A DNA stretch of 64,000 nt from an uncultured Ignavibacteriaceae bacterium (GTDB taxonomy: Bacteria > Bacteroidota > Ignavibacteria > UBA10030). Shown piece after piece: positions 47,948 to 56,232 of this stretch (position 1 is its first letter; each line of letters starts with the position of its first letter). The notes beneath the pieces were generated by a model. The model was given only the letters and a program-made list of their open reading frames with translations. It was not told the DNA's origin and searched no databases. Both the position numbers and the translations under genes were made by a program. Location of the stretch: positions 7,630 to 71,629 of the forward strand of contig CAYYOV010000009.1 in NCBI GenBank assembly GCA_964473365.1, written 5' to 3'.

Positions 47948-50227
47948 ATGCGCACCTTCCTCACGATCGTCACGCTCCTTGCATCTACCGCGACCGCCCT
48001 CGTCGCGCAGTCGGAGGTCGTTCAACTCGGCGGACCATGGCGCTTCTCTCCCGTCGACGACCCGTCGTTTGCCGATCCCCGCTTCGATGCATCGTCGTGG
48101 GCGACCATCGCACCGGGCGCAAGCTGGGAGCGCCAGGGATTCGACACGCTGGACGGCCATGTGTGGTATCGTGTAACGTTTGTCCTGCCACATCGCCTTC
48201 GGACCGCAGCAGTCATCAACGAGGGACTACGGCTCGAGCTCGGGCCCGTGGACGACATCGACCAGACATTTCTCAATGGTGCGCTCATCGGCCTGAATGG
48301 AACGACGATCGCCCCCGGTATCGACCCAGACCGAGGTTCATTGGCACCGCTCGGCTCGAAATGGAACACACCGCGGGCCTACGACCTCCCCTTTGACGAT
48401 CCCCGTCTCAGGTGGGACGCCGAGAATGTTCTCGCCATCCGGGTGTATGATGGCGGAGGACCTGGAGGGCTCTGGTCCGGGGTCCCGCGCCTTCGCGCTC
48501 TGACCGTCCGGGATCTGGCCTCCTTCACCTACGATGTGGGGAGTTTCCAGAGCGTCGGCGATTCGTTGGAAAAGTCCCTCACACTCTCGAATCACGCGCG
48601 GCATTTGACGCTCACTGGTACGATCATCATCCGCACGCTCAACGGCACCGACGGAACGGAGCTCCTTCGCAATACGTACGCCTTCTCCCTGGCCCCCGGG
48701 GCCGACACCCGTATCACGTATCGCCTCACCCGTCCTGCTCATTCGACCGAGGTCGAATACGTCGCCGCTTTCGACGGACACGCCGAATCGATCGCAGCGC
48801 GTGACGGTGTCCCATACATCCTGACGCCGCCCCCGCCGCGAACTCCCAGGATCAACGGGCCGTTGGTCGTCGGTGCGAGGCCGGGGCGGCCGTTCGTCTA
48901 CCGCATCCCCGTCAGCGGCGAGCATCCGATGCTGTTCGATATCCAGGGTCTTCCATCCGGACTCAGATTCGACCGGCGATCGGGCATCATTTCGGGCCGC
49001 ACATCCAGACGCGGCGTCCACGCATTGGAGATCCATGTGCAGAATGCGCACGGTCACGACGAGCGCATCGTGACGCTCAACATTGGCGACAAACTGGCGT
49101 TGACGCCGCCGATGGGATGGAACAGCTGGAACGTATGGGGACTAGCGGTGGACCAGGACAAAGTGATCGCATCTGCTCGAGTCTTCGATCAGCAAGGCCT
49201 GGCCGACCATGGGTGGGCCTACATCAACATCGACGACGGTTGGGAGATCGAAGGAAGCGACCCGCGGCCAAAGCGCACACCTGACGGCACGATCGTCGTC
49301 AACGAGAAGTTCCCCGACATGAAGGCACTTGGAGATAGCCTGCACGCACTCGGACTGAAATTCGGGATCTATTCTTCCCCTGGACCTCTGACGTGTGGCG
49401 GCTACACCGCCAGCTACGGGTACGAGCAGAACGATGCCTTGTCGTACGCGGCATGGGGCATCGATTATCTCAAGTATGACTGGTGCTCATACGGTCGGAT
49501 TGCGAAGGACGCCTCGCGCGCTGAGCTGATGAAGCCGTATGCACACATGCGCAGAATGCTGGACGAGGTCGACCGCGATATCGTCTACAGTCTGTGTCAA
49601 TATGGAATGGGGGATGTGTGGGAATGGGGTGCTGAGGTGGGCGGAGACCTGTGGCGCACGACTGGAGATATCACCGATTCATGGGAAAGCATGAGCGGGA
49701 TCGGTTTCGATCAGGTCGCAAATGCGGCATACGCAGGCCCGGGACACTGGAACGATCCAGACATGCTGGTTGTGGGCTGGGTGGGATGGGGACCGCGCCT
49801 GCGTCCGACACGCCTGACCCCCGACGAACAGTACACACATATCAGTCTCTGGTGCCTTCTTTCGGCCCCACTCCTGATCGGCTGCGACCTGACCCGGCTC
49901 GACGCCTTCACCCTCAATCTCTTGACGAACGACGAAGTGCTCGCGATCGATCAAGACCCGCTTGGGCGGCAGGCCACCCCACGACTGGTGCGGGATAGCA
50001 TCCAGATCTGGACCAAGCCACTGGCGAATGGCTCGACTGCCGTCGGCGTCTTCAACCTCTCCTCGGCTGCGCGCCGGGTCCAGTTCGATCTCAACGAGGT
50101 CGGACTTCCGGCGAACGTCGCCTTCCGCGATCTCTGGCGCCAACGGCCAGCCGGCAGCTTTTCGCGGGTGGCCGCCTTCGACGTTCCCCGGCACGGCGTC
50201 GTACTCCTGCGCACCATCGACCGATAG
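47948..50227 (+). CDS. GH27 alpha-galactosidase with N-terminal sugar-binding (GH2_N-like) and putative-Ig domains
   Basis: Signal peptide, TPPMGWNSWN, YINIDDGW, KFGIYSSPG, GIDYLKYDWC (nucleophile), WRTTGDI (acid/base), WNDPDML. Confidence 0.92.
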   Translation: MRTFLTIVTLLASTATALVAQSEVVQLGGPWRFSPVDDPSFADPRFDASSWATIAPGASWERQGFDTLDGHVWYRVTFVLPHRLRTAAVINEGLRLELGPVDDIDQTFLNGALIGLNGTTIAPGIDPDRGSLAPLGSKWNTPRAYDLPFDDPRLRWDAENVLAIRVYDGGGPGGLWSGVPRLRALTVRDLASFTYDVGSFQSVGDSLEKSLTLSNHARHLTLTGTIIIRTLNGTDGTELLRNTYAFSLAPGADTRITYRLTRPAHSTEVEYVAAFDGHAESIAARDGVPYILTPPPPRTPRINGPLVVGARPGRPFVYRIPVSGEHPMLFDIQGLPSGLRFDRRSGIISGRTSRRGVHALEIHVQNAHGHDERIVTLNIGDKLALTPPMGWNSWNVWGLAVDQDKVIASARVFDQQGLADHGWAYINIDDGWEIEGSDPRPKRTPDGTIVVNEKFPDMKALGDSLHALGLKFGIYSSPGPLTCGGYTASYGYEQNDALSYAAWGIDYLKYDWCSYGRIAKDASRAELMKPYAHMRRMLDEVDRDIVYSLCQYGMGDVWEWGAEVGGDLWRTTGDITDSWESMSGIGFDQVANAAYAGPGHWNDPDMLVVGWVGWGPRLRPTRLTPDEQYTHISLWCLLSAPLLIGCDLTRLDAFTLNLLTNDEVLAIDQDPLGRQATPRLVRDSIQIWTKPLANGSTAVGVFNLSSAARRVQFDLNEVGLPANVAFRDLWRQRPAGSFSRVAAFDVPRHGVVLLRTIDR

Positions 50228-50250
50228 CAGGAGAACACCGCCCCGTAGAC

Positions 50251-50284
50251 GCAGAAGCCCCCCGGACCTCCGGAGGGCTTCTGT
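50251..50284. terminator. Hairpin between convergent GH27 and TBDR genes (probable bidirectional terminator)
   Basis: GCAGAAGCCC-C-CCGGA-CC-TCCGG-A-GGGCTTCTGT, followed by GTTT. Confidence 0.7.
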
Positions 50285-50347
50285 GTTTGCAGCCGTCTTC
50301 GACACCACATGTCTGTCGACTTCATACTCCATACTTTCACCTCTCCC

Positions 50348-52606
50348 TCACATCCTCCACCTCAACCCGCCGTAGATCATCCGACCCTGCACCGGGCCCC
50401 AGATGATCGAACTATCGAAGTAGGCGTTCGACGGATCGCTCGCTGAGATGATCGGATCGCCCTGACGGAAATCGAAGAGGTTCTCAACGCCCACGTACAG
50501 GTCCAATCCGGCCCAGAGCATCCGAGTCACCTGGCCGTTCACAAGGAAGAAGTCCGGCGATCGGGTCGGCCGACGGAACGCGAACGGACTGGCGGCGGTT
50601 GCTGGAAGGCGCTTGCTACCGAGCCAGGATACCGTCAGGTCGTAGGTCATCCGCCCTGCACCGTCGTCATCCGGTTGCGTCGTGTAGGCGAGATTGACGA
50701 ACGCCCGGTGCTTCGCCACGTACGGGCGTTCGACCAGCCTACCATCCAGCGATTGCTGAACGTCGAGATAGCGATACGCCGTACGGACCTCGAACCGTTC
50801 CCACGGCTGGACATTGGCCTCGGCTTGAATGCTATTCGAGAACGATGAGCCGGCCAGCGGTTGGAAGACGACCGTCCGCGCATCCCGGTCCAGGTTCACG
50901 ACGAGTTGATCGTCGAACATCGTCCGGTGCAGGTCCACCGTGAAGGTGCCTTCCCGGCCGTTGACGGTCACGTAGCGAGTGGCGCTCAGACCGACGTTCC
51001 ACCCGACCTCTCGGTGGTAGGCGGAGCCGGGTACGAAGCCTTCGATCACCGGAGTGCGCGAACTGGCGAAGGCCGCCACGTTCTCCGCGAACATGTTTGC
51101 GGTGCGTTGGCCCCGGCCTGCCGACAGTCGCAACGTCCAGTCAAGAGTGGGCGCGTACCGCACATGCAGGCGCGGTGTGATGAACGAGCCGAACAGATCA
51201 TGTCGGTCAGCCCGAAGTCCCGCCACGACGGACAGATCCTCGTCCGGAGAATATGTGTACTCGGCGAAGACGCCCGGAACACGCTCCACGCGCGCGTAGT
51301 CGGTGCCGAAGACCCGCTCATCGTAGTCATCGATGACGAAGCTCACGCCACCACGGAGCCGGTGGACATCCGGAACAACCTGGGCATCATAGAGCAGGTT
51401 AAGATAACCCGTCCGCTCGCGGCCCGCGTAGTCGCGGTGCTGCAGGGTCGACGACTGCCGGTAGTCGAGATACGACCACTGGAGGCCGATGCTGTGTCCT
51501 TGATCCTCGAACACGAACCCCGTTTTGCCCGAGATCCGGAGCTGGCTCGCCTTCATGCGATACCGGTACTCCGTCGGAGAAACGCCGAGGGCGGCATGGT
51601 CCATGTCGACCCCGTGCATCGTACCGTTCCGTTTCTCGTCCGAGGTGTACTGAACAAGCACCTGGGCTTCGAACCCGTCGTAGTCGTGCAGCGTGATCCG
51701 CTGGAGCAGATGCCCGGCGGTACCGAGGGGGATGTCCAGAAATCGGTCCCCGTTCCGGTCCATCGAGAACCTCCGCGTGTCGACGTTCACCATCGTCAGC
51801 GACGAGAGATACTCGTTGATGGGCGTCCGGATGTTCCCGTTGAGCTCGAACCGCTGATCGTCCGTGCCGAACATCGTCAGGTACATCCGTTGCTCAGCCT
51901 CGTTCCACGACTTGCGATACTCGACGTTGATCTGTCCCGTGATCGATTCGTAGCCATTGGCCACCGAACCGACCCCCTTCGAAACCTGGATATTGTCGAT
52001 CCAGGAACCGGGGATGTAGGTCAGACCCACGTTCGACGTAAGGCCGCGGACCGCCGGCATGTTTTCGAGCGTGATCTGCGAATACGTACCTGCCAGCCCG
52101 AGCATCTCGATCTGCCGCGTGCCAGTGACGGCGTCGGTGAACGAGACGTCGACTGACGGGTTGGTCTCGAAGCTCTCCGACAGATTGCAGCACGCTGCCT
52201 TGAAGAGCTCCTTCTCCGTCATGACGACCGTGTTCGTCGTCGCCCGGTATTCGATGAAGCTCGGAGCCCGTTGGCCGACGACGTTGACGCCCTCTACTTC
52301 CGACGCTTCCGCCACAAGCGTGACGCGCAGAACGCGAGGCTCGATGATCGTGAGCGTGTCAGGACGGAAGCCCACGCTGCTCACGACCAGGCGACCACCG
52401 CCTTCGGGAAACGCCAGCTGAAACCGTCCCGCCGTATCGGCCGTCGTCCCGGCCCGTGTCCCGAGCCAGTAGACCGATGCGCCGATGACCGGCCGGAACT
52501 GTCCTTCCTCGGTCCGTTCCGCCACTCTTCCCTGCACAACACCTGAAGACTGCGCGAAGAGCAGCGCGGGCACGAGAAGAGTGCTCAACAACCATACGCT
52601 TCTCAT
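50348..52606 (-). CDS. TonB-dependent receptor (heavy-metal-cluster associated, AACCNLSESFET type)
   Basis: Carboxypeptidase-regulatory-like N-domain, plug ELFKAACCNLSESFETNPSVDVSF…IQVSKGVGSVANGYESITGQINVE, and C-terminal WGPVQGRMIYGGLRWRM. Confidence 0.9.
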   Translation of the reverse strand: MRSVWLLSTLLVPALLFAQSSGVVQGRVAERTEEGQFRPVIGASVYWLGTRAGTTADTAGRFQLAFPEGGGRLVVSSVGFRPDTLTIIEPRVLRVTLVAEASEVEGVNVVGQRAPSFIEYRATTNTVVMTEKELFKAACCNLSESFETNPSVDVSFTDAVTGTRQIEMLGLAGTYSQITLENMPAVRGLTSNVGLTYIPGSWIDNIQVSKGVGSVANGYESITGQINVEYRKSWNEAEQRMYLTMFGTDDQRFELNGNIRTPINEYLSSLTMVNVDTRRFSMDRNGDRFLDIPLGTAGHLLQRITLHDYDGFEAQVLVQYTSDEKRNGTMHGVDMDHAALGVSPTEYRYRMKASQLRISGKTGFVFEDQGHSIGLQWSYLDYRQSSTLQHRDYAGRERTGYLNLLYDAQVVPDVHRLRGGVSFVIDDYDERVFGTDYARVERVPGVFAEYTYSPDEDLSVVAGLRADRHDLFGSFITPRLHVRYAPTLDWTLRLSAGRGQRTANMFAENVAAFASSRTPVIEGFVPGSAYHREVGWNVGLSATRYVTVNGREGTFTVDLHRTMFDDQLVVNLDRDARTVVFQPLAGSSFSNSIQAEANVQPWERFEVRTAYRYLDVQQSLDGRLVERPYVAKHRAFVNLAYTTQPDDDGAGRMTYDLTVSWLGSKRLPATAASPFAFRRPTRSPDFFLVNGQVTRMLWAGLDLYVGVENLFDFRQGDPIISASDPSNAYFDSSIIWGPVQGRMIYGGLRWRM

Positions 52607-52618
52607 GACCTGGGTTTC

Positions 52619-52966
52619 CTAGTGGGTGGAATCGTTGTCGCGATAGAGGCAGCAGCCCGGAAGCGCATCATAGACGCTGTCCGGCGCGACGGCCTTGGGC
52701 GTATCGTGGCCCACGGCGGCAAGACGCTGATGCAACGAGTCGACCGAGATCGCTGCCGGACGATACGAGACTGTGAGTATCTTGGTCTGTTTGTTCCAGG
52801 AGGCCTTCTCGACCTCCTTGATCTTCATTGTCTTCTCGATGCGGCTCTTGCACATGTTGCAGTTGCCGAAGACCTTGAAGGAGGTCTCGACGGTCTTGGC
52901 TTCCTGGGCCGCAGCCGGAAGCACAAGGAAAAGAAGGGCCGCGAAGGCAAACAGAGTAGTACGCAT
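52619..52966 (-). CDS. Exported heavy-metal-associated (HMA) domain protein
   Basis: Signal peptide, FKVFGNCNMCKSRIE (CxxC) and C-terminal YDALPGCCLYRD. Confidence 0.88.
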   Translation of the reverse strand: MRTTLFAFAALLFLVLPAAAQEAKTVETSFKVFGNCNMCKSRIEKTMKIKEVEKASWNKQTKILTVSYRPAAISVDSLHQRLAAVGHDTPKAVAPDSVYDALPGCCLYRDNDSTH

Positions 52967-53055
52967 GACATTCCTCATGATGAGTGTGACGAACGGATAG
53001 AGTACATTGCGGCGCCGTGCGGACGCACGTCACCGGTCGATCCGAGCGGGTCGAC

Positions 53056-53436
53056 TCAGATGAGGAACGAGCAGTTGAGGATGGTGGCTGACACCGGCCG
53101 AGGAGGGGAGGTGTCAACGGGAATGCGGGACTCGCTGACGGCCGCCACGACGGGCGCCTCATCAGCAAGCGGATAGACGATGTGTGCGGCGTCCAGCATC
53201 GGCTGGTTCACAAAGGCAGGCGCCACCTGTTCGTCATGGAGCTGGAACGACGTGATCTCGACCGTGCAGCAAAGATCGGCCTGGTCCATGACATCGGCAC
53301 ATCCGCATGGATCTTCCTGCGTGACCGGCGCGAAGTTGGCATCCGTCGTCCCTCCACACGTATGATGGAGGACGTTGACGCCAACGGCGAGACTGACGTA
53401 GACCAGCAGGATCAGTATGGACGGGATGCGCTGCAC
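53056..53436 (-). CDS. HYC_CC_PP-like family protein
   Basis: N-terminal TM, HHTCGG, CGC, CC…EIT, SPP and terminal LNCSFLI, directly upstream of HMA and TBDR genes. Confidence 0.7.
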   Translation of the reverse strand: MQRIPSILILLVYVSLAVGVNVLHHTCGGTTDANFAPVTQEDPCGCADVMDQADLCCTVEITSFQLHDEQVAPAFVNQPMLDAAHIVYPLADEAPVVAAVSESRIPVDTSPPRPVSATILNCSFLI

Positions 53437-53442
53437 AGGTTC

Positions 53443-53471
53443 AAGGTACGCGTCAAAGCCGGAAGAAGCAA
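53443..53471 (-). promoter_or_regulatory. Putative sigma70 promoter, predicted leaderless start at the GTG of the HYC_CC_PP gene
   Basis: Minus strand TTGCTT-17 nt-TACCTT, then 6 nt, then GTG. Confidence 0.45.
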
Positions 53472-53521
53472 TGACGTTACAACAGGTGATCCCTTCTTCG
53501 AGTTCCGATCGGGAGACAAGC

Positions 53522-53549
53522 GAAGCCCCCGGGACCTCCCGAGGGCTTC
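53522..53549 (-). terminator. Hairpin downstream of the cohesin protein gene (terminator/REP-like)
   Basis: GAAGCCC-C-CGGGA-CC-TCCCG-A-GGGCTTC, a near copy of the hairpin at 50254-50281. Confidence 0.6.
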
Positions 53550-53567
53550 AGTCTTACAACGTTCCAC

Positions 53568-56156
53568 CTACTTCATAAGAATCATCTTCCTTGTTCCAAC
53601 GAAGCGCTCGCCCGAAGAGCTGATGGTTTCGATGCGACTGAAGTAGAGTCCTGACGCCATGCTCGACGCGTCCCAACGCGTCTCATGCACTCCCGCCCCC
53701 AGGCGGCCGTCCACCAAGATCGCGACCCGTCGACCGAGCCGGTCGTGAACAGTCAGAACGACACGGCTTTCCGCCGGAAGTGCGAACCGAATCCGCGTCG
53801 AGGGGTTGAACGGATTCGGATAATTGGCCGAGAGCCCGAACTCTTTCGGGATCCCAGTGTCCATGTCGTGAACCGAAGTCCCGGAAGACTGGACTGTCAG
53901 CGTGGCTGAAGTAACGACGGAGAGACCTCCCGCCGTTGCCGTCACCTGGATGGGATGGTTCCCCACATTCGTCGGGGCCGTCGTTGCCGTCAGCGTGCCA
54001 GTGATCGAGTCGATGGAGGCGAACGCGGGACCCGTCGTCATGAAATACCGCACAATGTCCCCGTCCGGATCGTTTGCCAGATACGTAACGGTCAGCGTCG
54101 ATCCGGCGATGATCGTCGTGTCGGGCAAGACCTGAGCGAATGACGGCGCTCGGTCCACGTTCACGACCGTCACGAGCGCGGTCGCGGTGTCGGCGGCCGC
54201 GCCATCCGTGACGCGCACGGTCACTGGATGAATGCCCGAAGCAGCAAAGCCCGGGGAGTACGACAACAGACCGGTCACACTATCAATGGCTGCTCCCGTC
54301 GGCCCAGCGAGAAGTGTGTATCGCAGAGGATCGCCGTTCGCATCTGAGGCCGTGTACATGAAGGTCAACGACTGGCCTTCATTGATGGAGGTATCCGGAA
54401 GGACATTCACGAACACAGGCACCGCATTCGGGACGATGACGCGGATGCGGCCATTGACCGGATACGCAGCAGGCGTCGAAGAGCCTGGCTCGTTGAACAG
54501 AAAATTCGAGAGTGCCAGAATGGTCTGCTCGCCTGTCATCGACGGCGGGTTCGGAGCGAACCGAAGCTTCGCCAAGATCCCTTCCCCCGCCAGCAGGGTC
54601 GCTCCGGCAACGGCCACATGCAGTACCCCAGCTGTGTCCTTGACGACAGGAGTGAATCCGTCGCTAAGCGTTCCCACGAGCGAAACGCCTCTGAAGAACA
54701 CCTTTGAGGTGTCATACGAGAGGCGGAACTGGTACGAAACGATCCCCAGCCCGGTCGTCGACCCAACGGAGACCGACACATCGACCGAGTCACCAGTGAA
54801 CACGGAAGTGTCGGCAACGACAGCCGTGAAATCATACGTCCAAACGGTGTCGCTCTTTCCAGGGAAACCCTGCGCATCCACTGCCTGCACCAGGACAGGC
54901 CCCCGCGTCAGCACCGTCAGGAGTCCCGTTGAAGGATCGACCGACGCCACGGCAGGATTGGAACTCGAGAAAACGAAAGGTGACGTTCCGCCGGTGACCG
55001 ACGGCACTGTGACCGTCTCTCCTTTGAATGCGACTATGCGACTCGTGTTCACTTTGATCAACGGCGCAGGGATCACAGTGAATGTCCCTGGGTCCAACGC
55101 TGGATTGATCGTCTCGTTGAAGACGGCGTTCGCAAGTCCGATCGTGCTGCTGCCAACTGCGGATTGTTTGACCCGAAAGCGGACCCAGAGCAACGTACCG
55201 GCTCCTGACAGCGTGTCGGAACCGGCCAGCGCGAAATCGAGGACACCGGGCGTCAGGTCGTTAATGACGGGCGCGCCCCACGGCTCGACCATCCCTCCGC
55301 CTACGTTCACGCCGAGATACTCAAGGTGGGATGTATTGAACGTGAGTCGGAACTGCGCCGATGTGATCCCGAGCCCTGTGACGGTCGTAACGCGGACGGG
55401 GACGGCCACTTCAAGCGTTTGCGTCCTCGAGGTGTCCGGGATCCAGAGCGTCAGCGATTTGATGACGTTCGGAACGACGTTGAACTGAACCGTCGAGTCC
55501 GACTTCCCTTCCCCGTCCGTCGCGTAGACAGTGACGAAGCCGGGCGCCACGGCCCGGAACTTTCCGCTCACATCGATCGTCCCGACCGGATTCGAAGAGG
55601 TGCTCCATGTCACCGGAAGAACCACGTCACCTGATGCGGTGAACTGCACCGAATCACCGACCGCGACGTTTGCTAGGTAGTTCGGAGCGATGTGCACCAC
55701 GCGCAGCCGCACCGAGCCGGCATCGAGCGTTGGTGTTGGGGTCCCTTCATTCAGGAGGACTGAAGAAAGCCCCAGAGACACCGTCTGGCCCGGGGTACCA
55801 GTCAGCGCCACTTGCAGGTACAACAGAGTACCGTCAGCAGTCACCGGCGTGGTCAAGGCCACGGCAAGCCGGCGGGTGGTCGTAAAGTAGCTTGCGGAGG
55901 ATCCAACGGTCAGCGAACCAGCCGTCGAAATTCCCACGACCTGCGCGTGCGATGAGCCAAGATCGACCGTCGCCTGGATCGAATAGAGGCTGTTCGCCCC
56001 GATGCCGCTGAGCAGCACCGGGACGAGGAGCGTGTCGCCCTTACGACCCGATGTATCCGGGATCGTCAGGGTCGGTTGCGCGATGGCTCCCGTGGCGAAC
56101 GCCGCCACGAGCACCCATAGCAACCGTGTGCGTAGACTGGATGAGATCACGTTCAT
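53568..56156 (-). CDS. T9SS-secreted scaffoldin-like protein: cohesin-BIG2-cohesin-BIG2-cohesin-cadherin x2-CTD
   Basis: Signal peptide. Three cohesin-like domains (L.IPDT…VPV…S.QF.L.(F/Y)(N/D)…L..A.AG…L.G.G.L….F…L….FNE), two BIG2-like domains (W/FSSSNP.VA.VD..G), two cadherin-like repeats (LPDT…A.D.(N/D)GD), and CTD LSANYPNPFNPST. Confidence 0.8.
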   Translation of the reverse strand: MNVISSSLRTRLLWVLVAAFATGAIAQPTLTIPDTSGRKGDTLLVPVLLSGIGANSLYSIQATVDLGSSHAQVVGISTAGSLTVGSSASYFTTTRRLAVALTTPVTADGTLLYLQVALTGTPGQTVSLGLSSVLLNEGTPTPTLDAGSVRLRVVHIAPNYLANVAVGDSVQFTASGDVVLPVTWSTSSNPVGTIDVSGKFRAVAPGFVTVYATDGEGKSDSTVQFNVVPNVIKSLTLWIPDTSRTQTLEVAVPVRVTTVTGLGITSAQFRLTFNTSHLEYLGVNVGGGMVEPWGAPVINDLTPGVLDFALAGSDTLSGAGTLLWVRFRVKQSAVGSSTIGLANAVFNETINPALDPGTFTVIPAPLIKVNTSRIVAFKGETVTVPSVTGGTSPFVFSSSNPAVASVDPSTGLLTVLTRGPVLVQAVDAQGFPGKSDTVWTYDFTAVVADTSVFTGDSVDVSVSVGSTTGLGIVSYQFRLSYDTSKVFFRGVSLVGTLSDGFTPVVKDTAGVLHVAVAGATLLAGEGILAKLRFAPNPPSMTGEQTILALSNFLFNEPGSSTPAAYPVNGRIRVIVPNAVPVFVNVLPDTSINEGQSLTFMYTASDANGDPLRYTLLAGPTGAAIDSVTGLLSYSPGFAASGIHPVTVRVTDGAAADTATALVTVVNVDRAPSFAQVLPDTTIIAGSTLTVTYLANDPDGDIVRYFMTTGPAFASIDSITGTLTATTAPTNVGNHPIQVTATAGGLSVVTSATLTVQSSGTSVHDMDTGIPKEFGLSANYPNPFNPSTRIRFALPAESRVVLTVHDRLGRRVAILVDGRLGAGVHETRWDASSMASGLYFSRIETISSSGERFVGTRKMILMK

Positions 56157-56232
56157 GTCCTTTGGTCAGGTCCTCAACTGGTCGGTGGATCGTGCGGGCG
56201 CATCTTCACACTGAAGGGCCGCGCATCCACCA

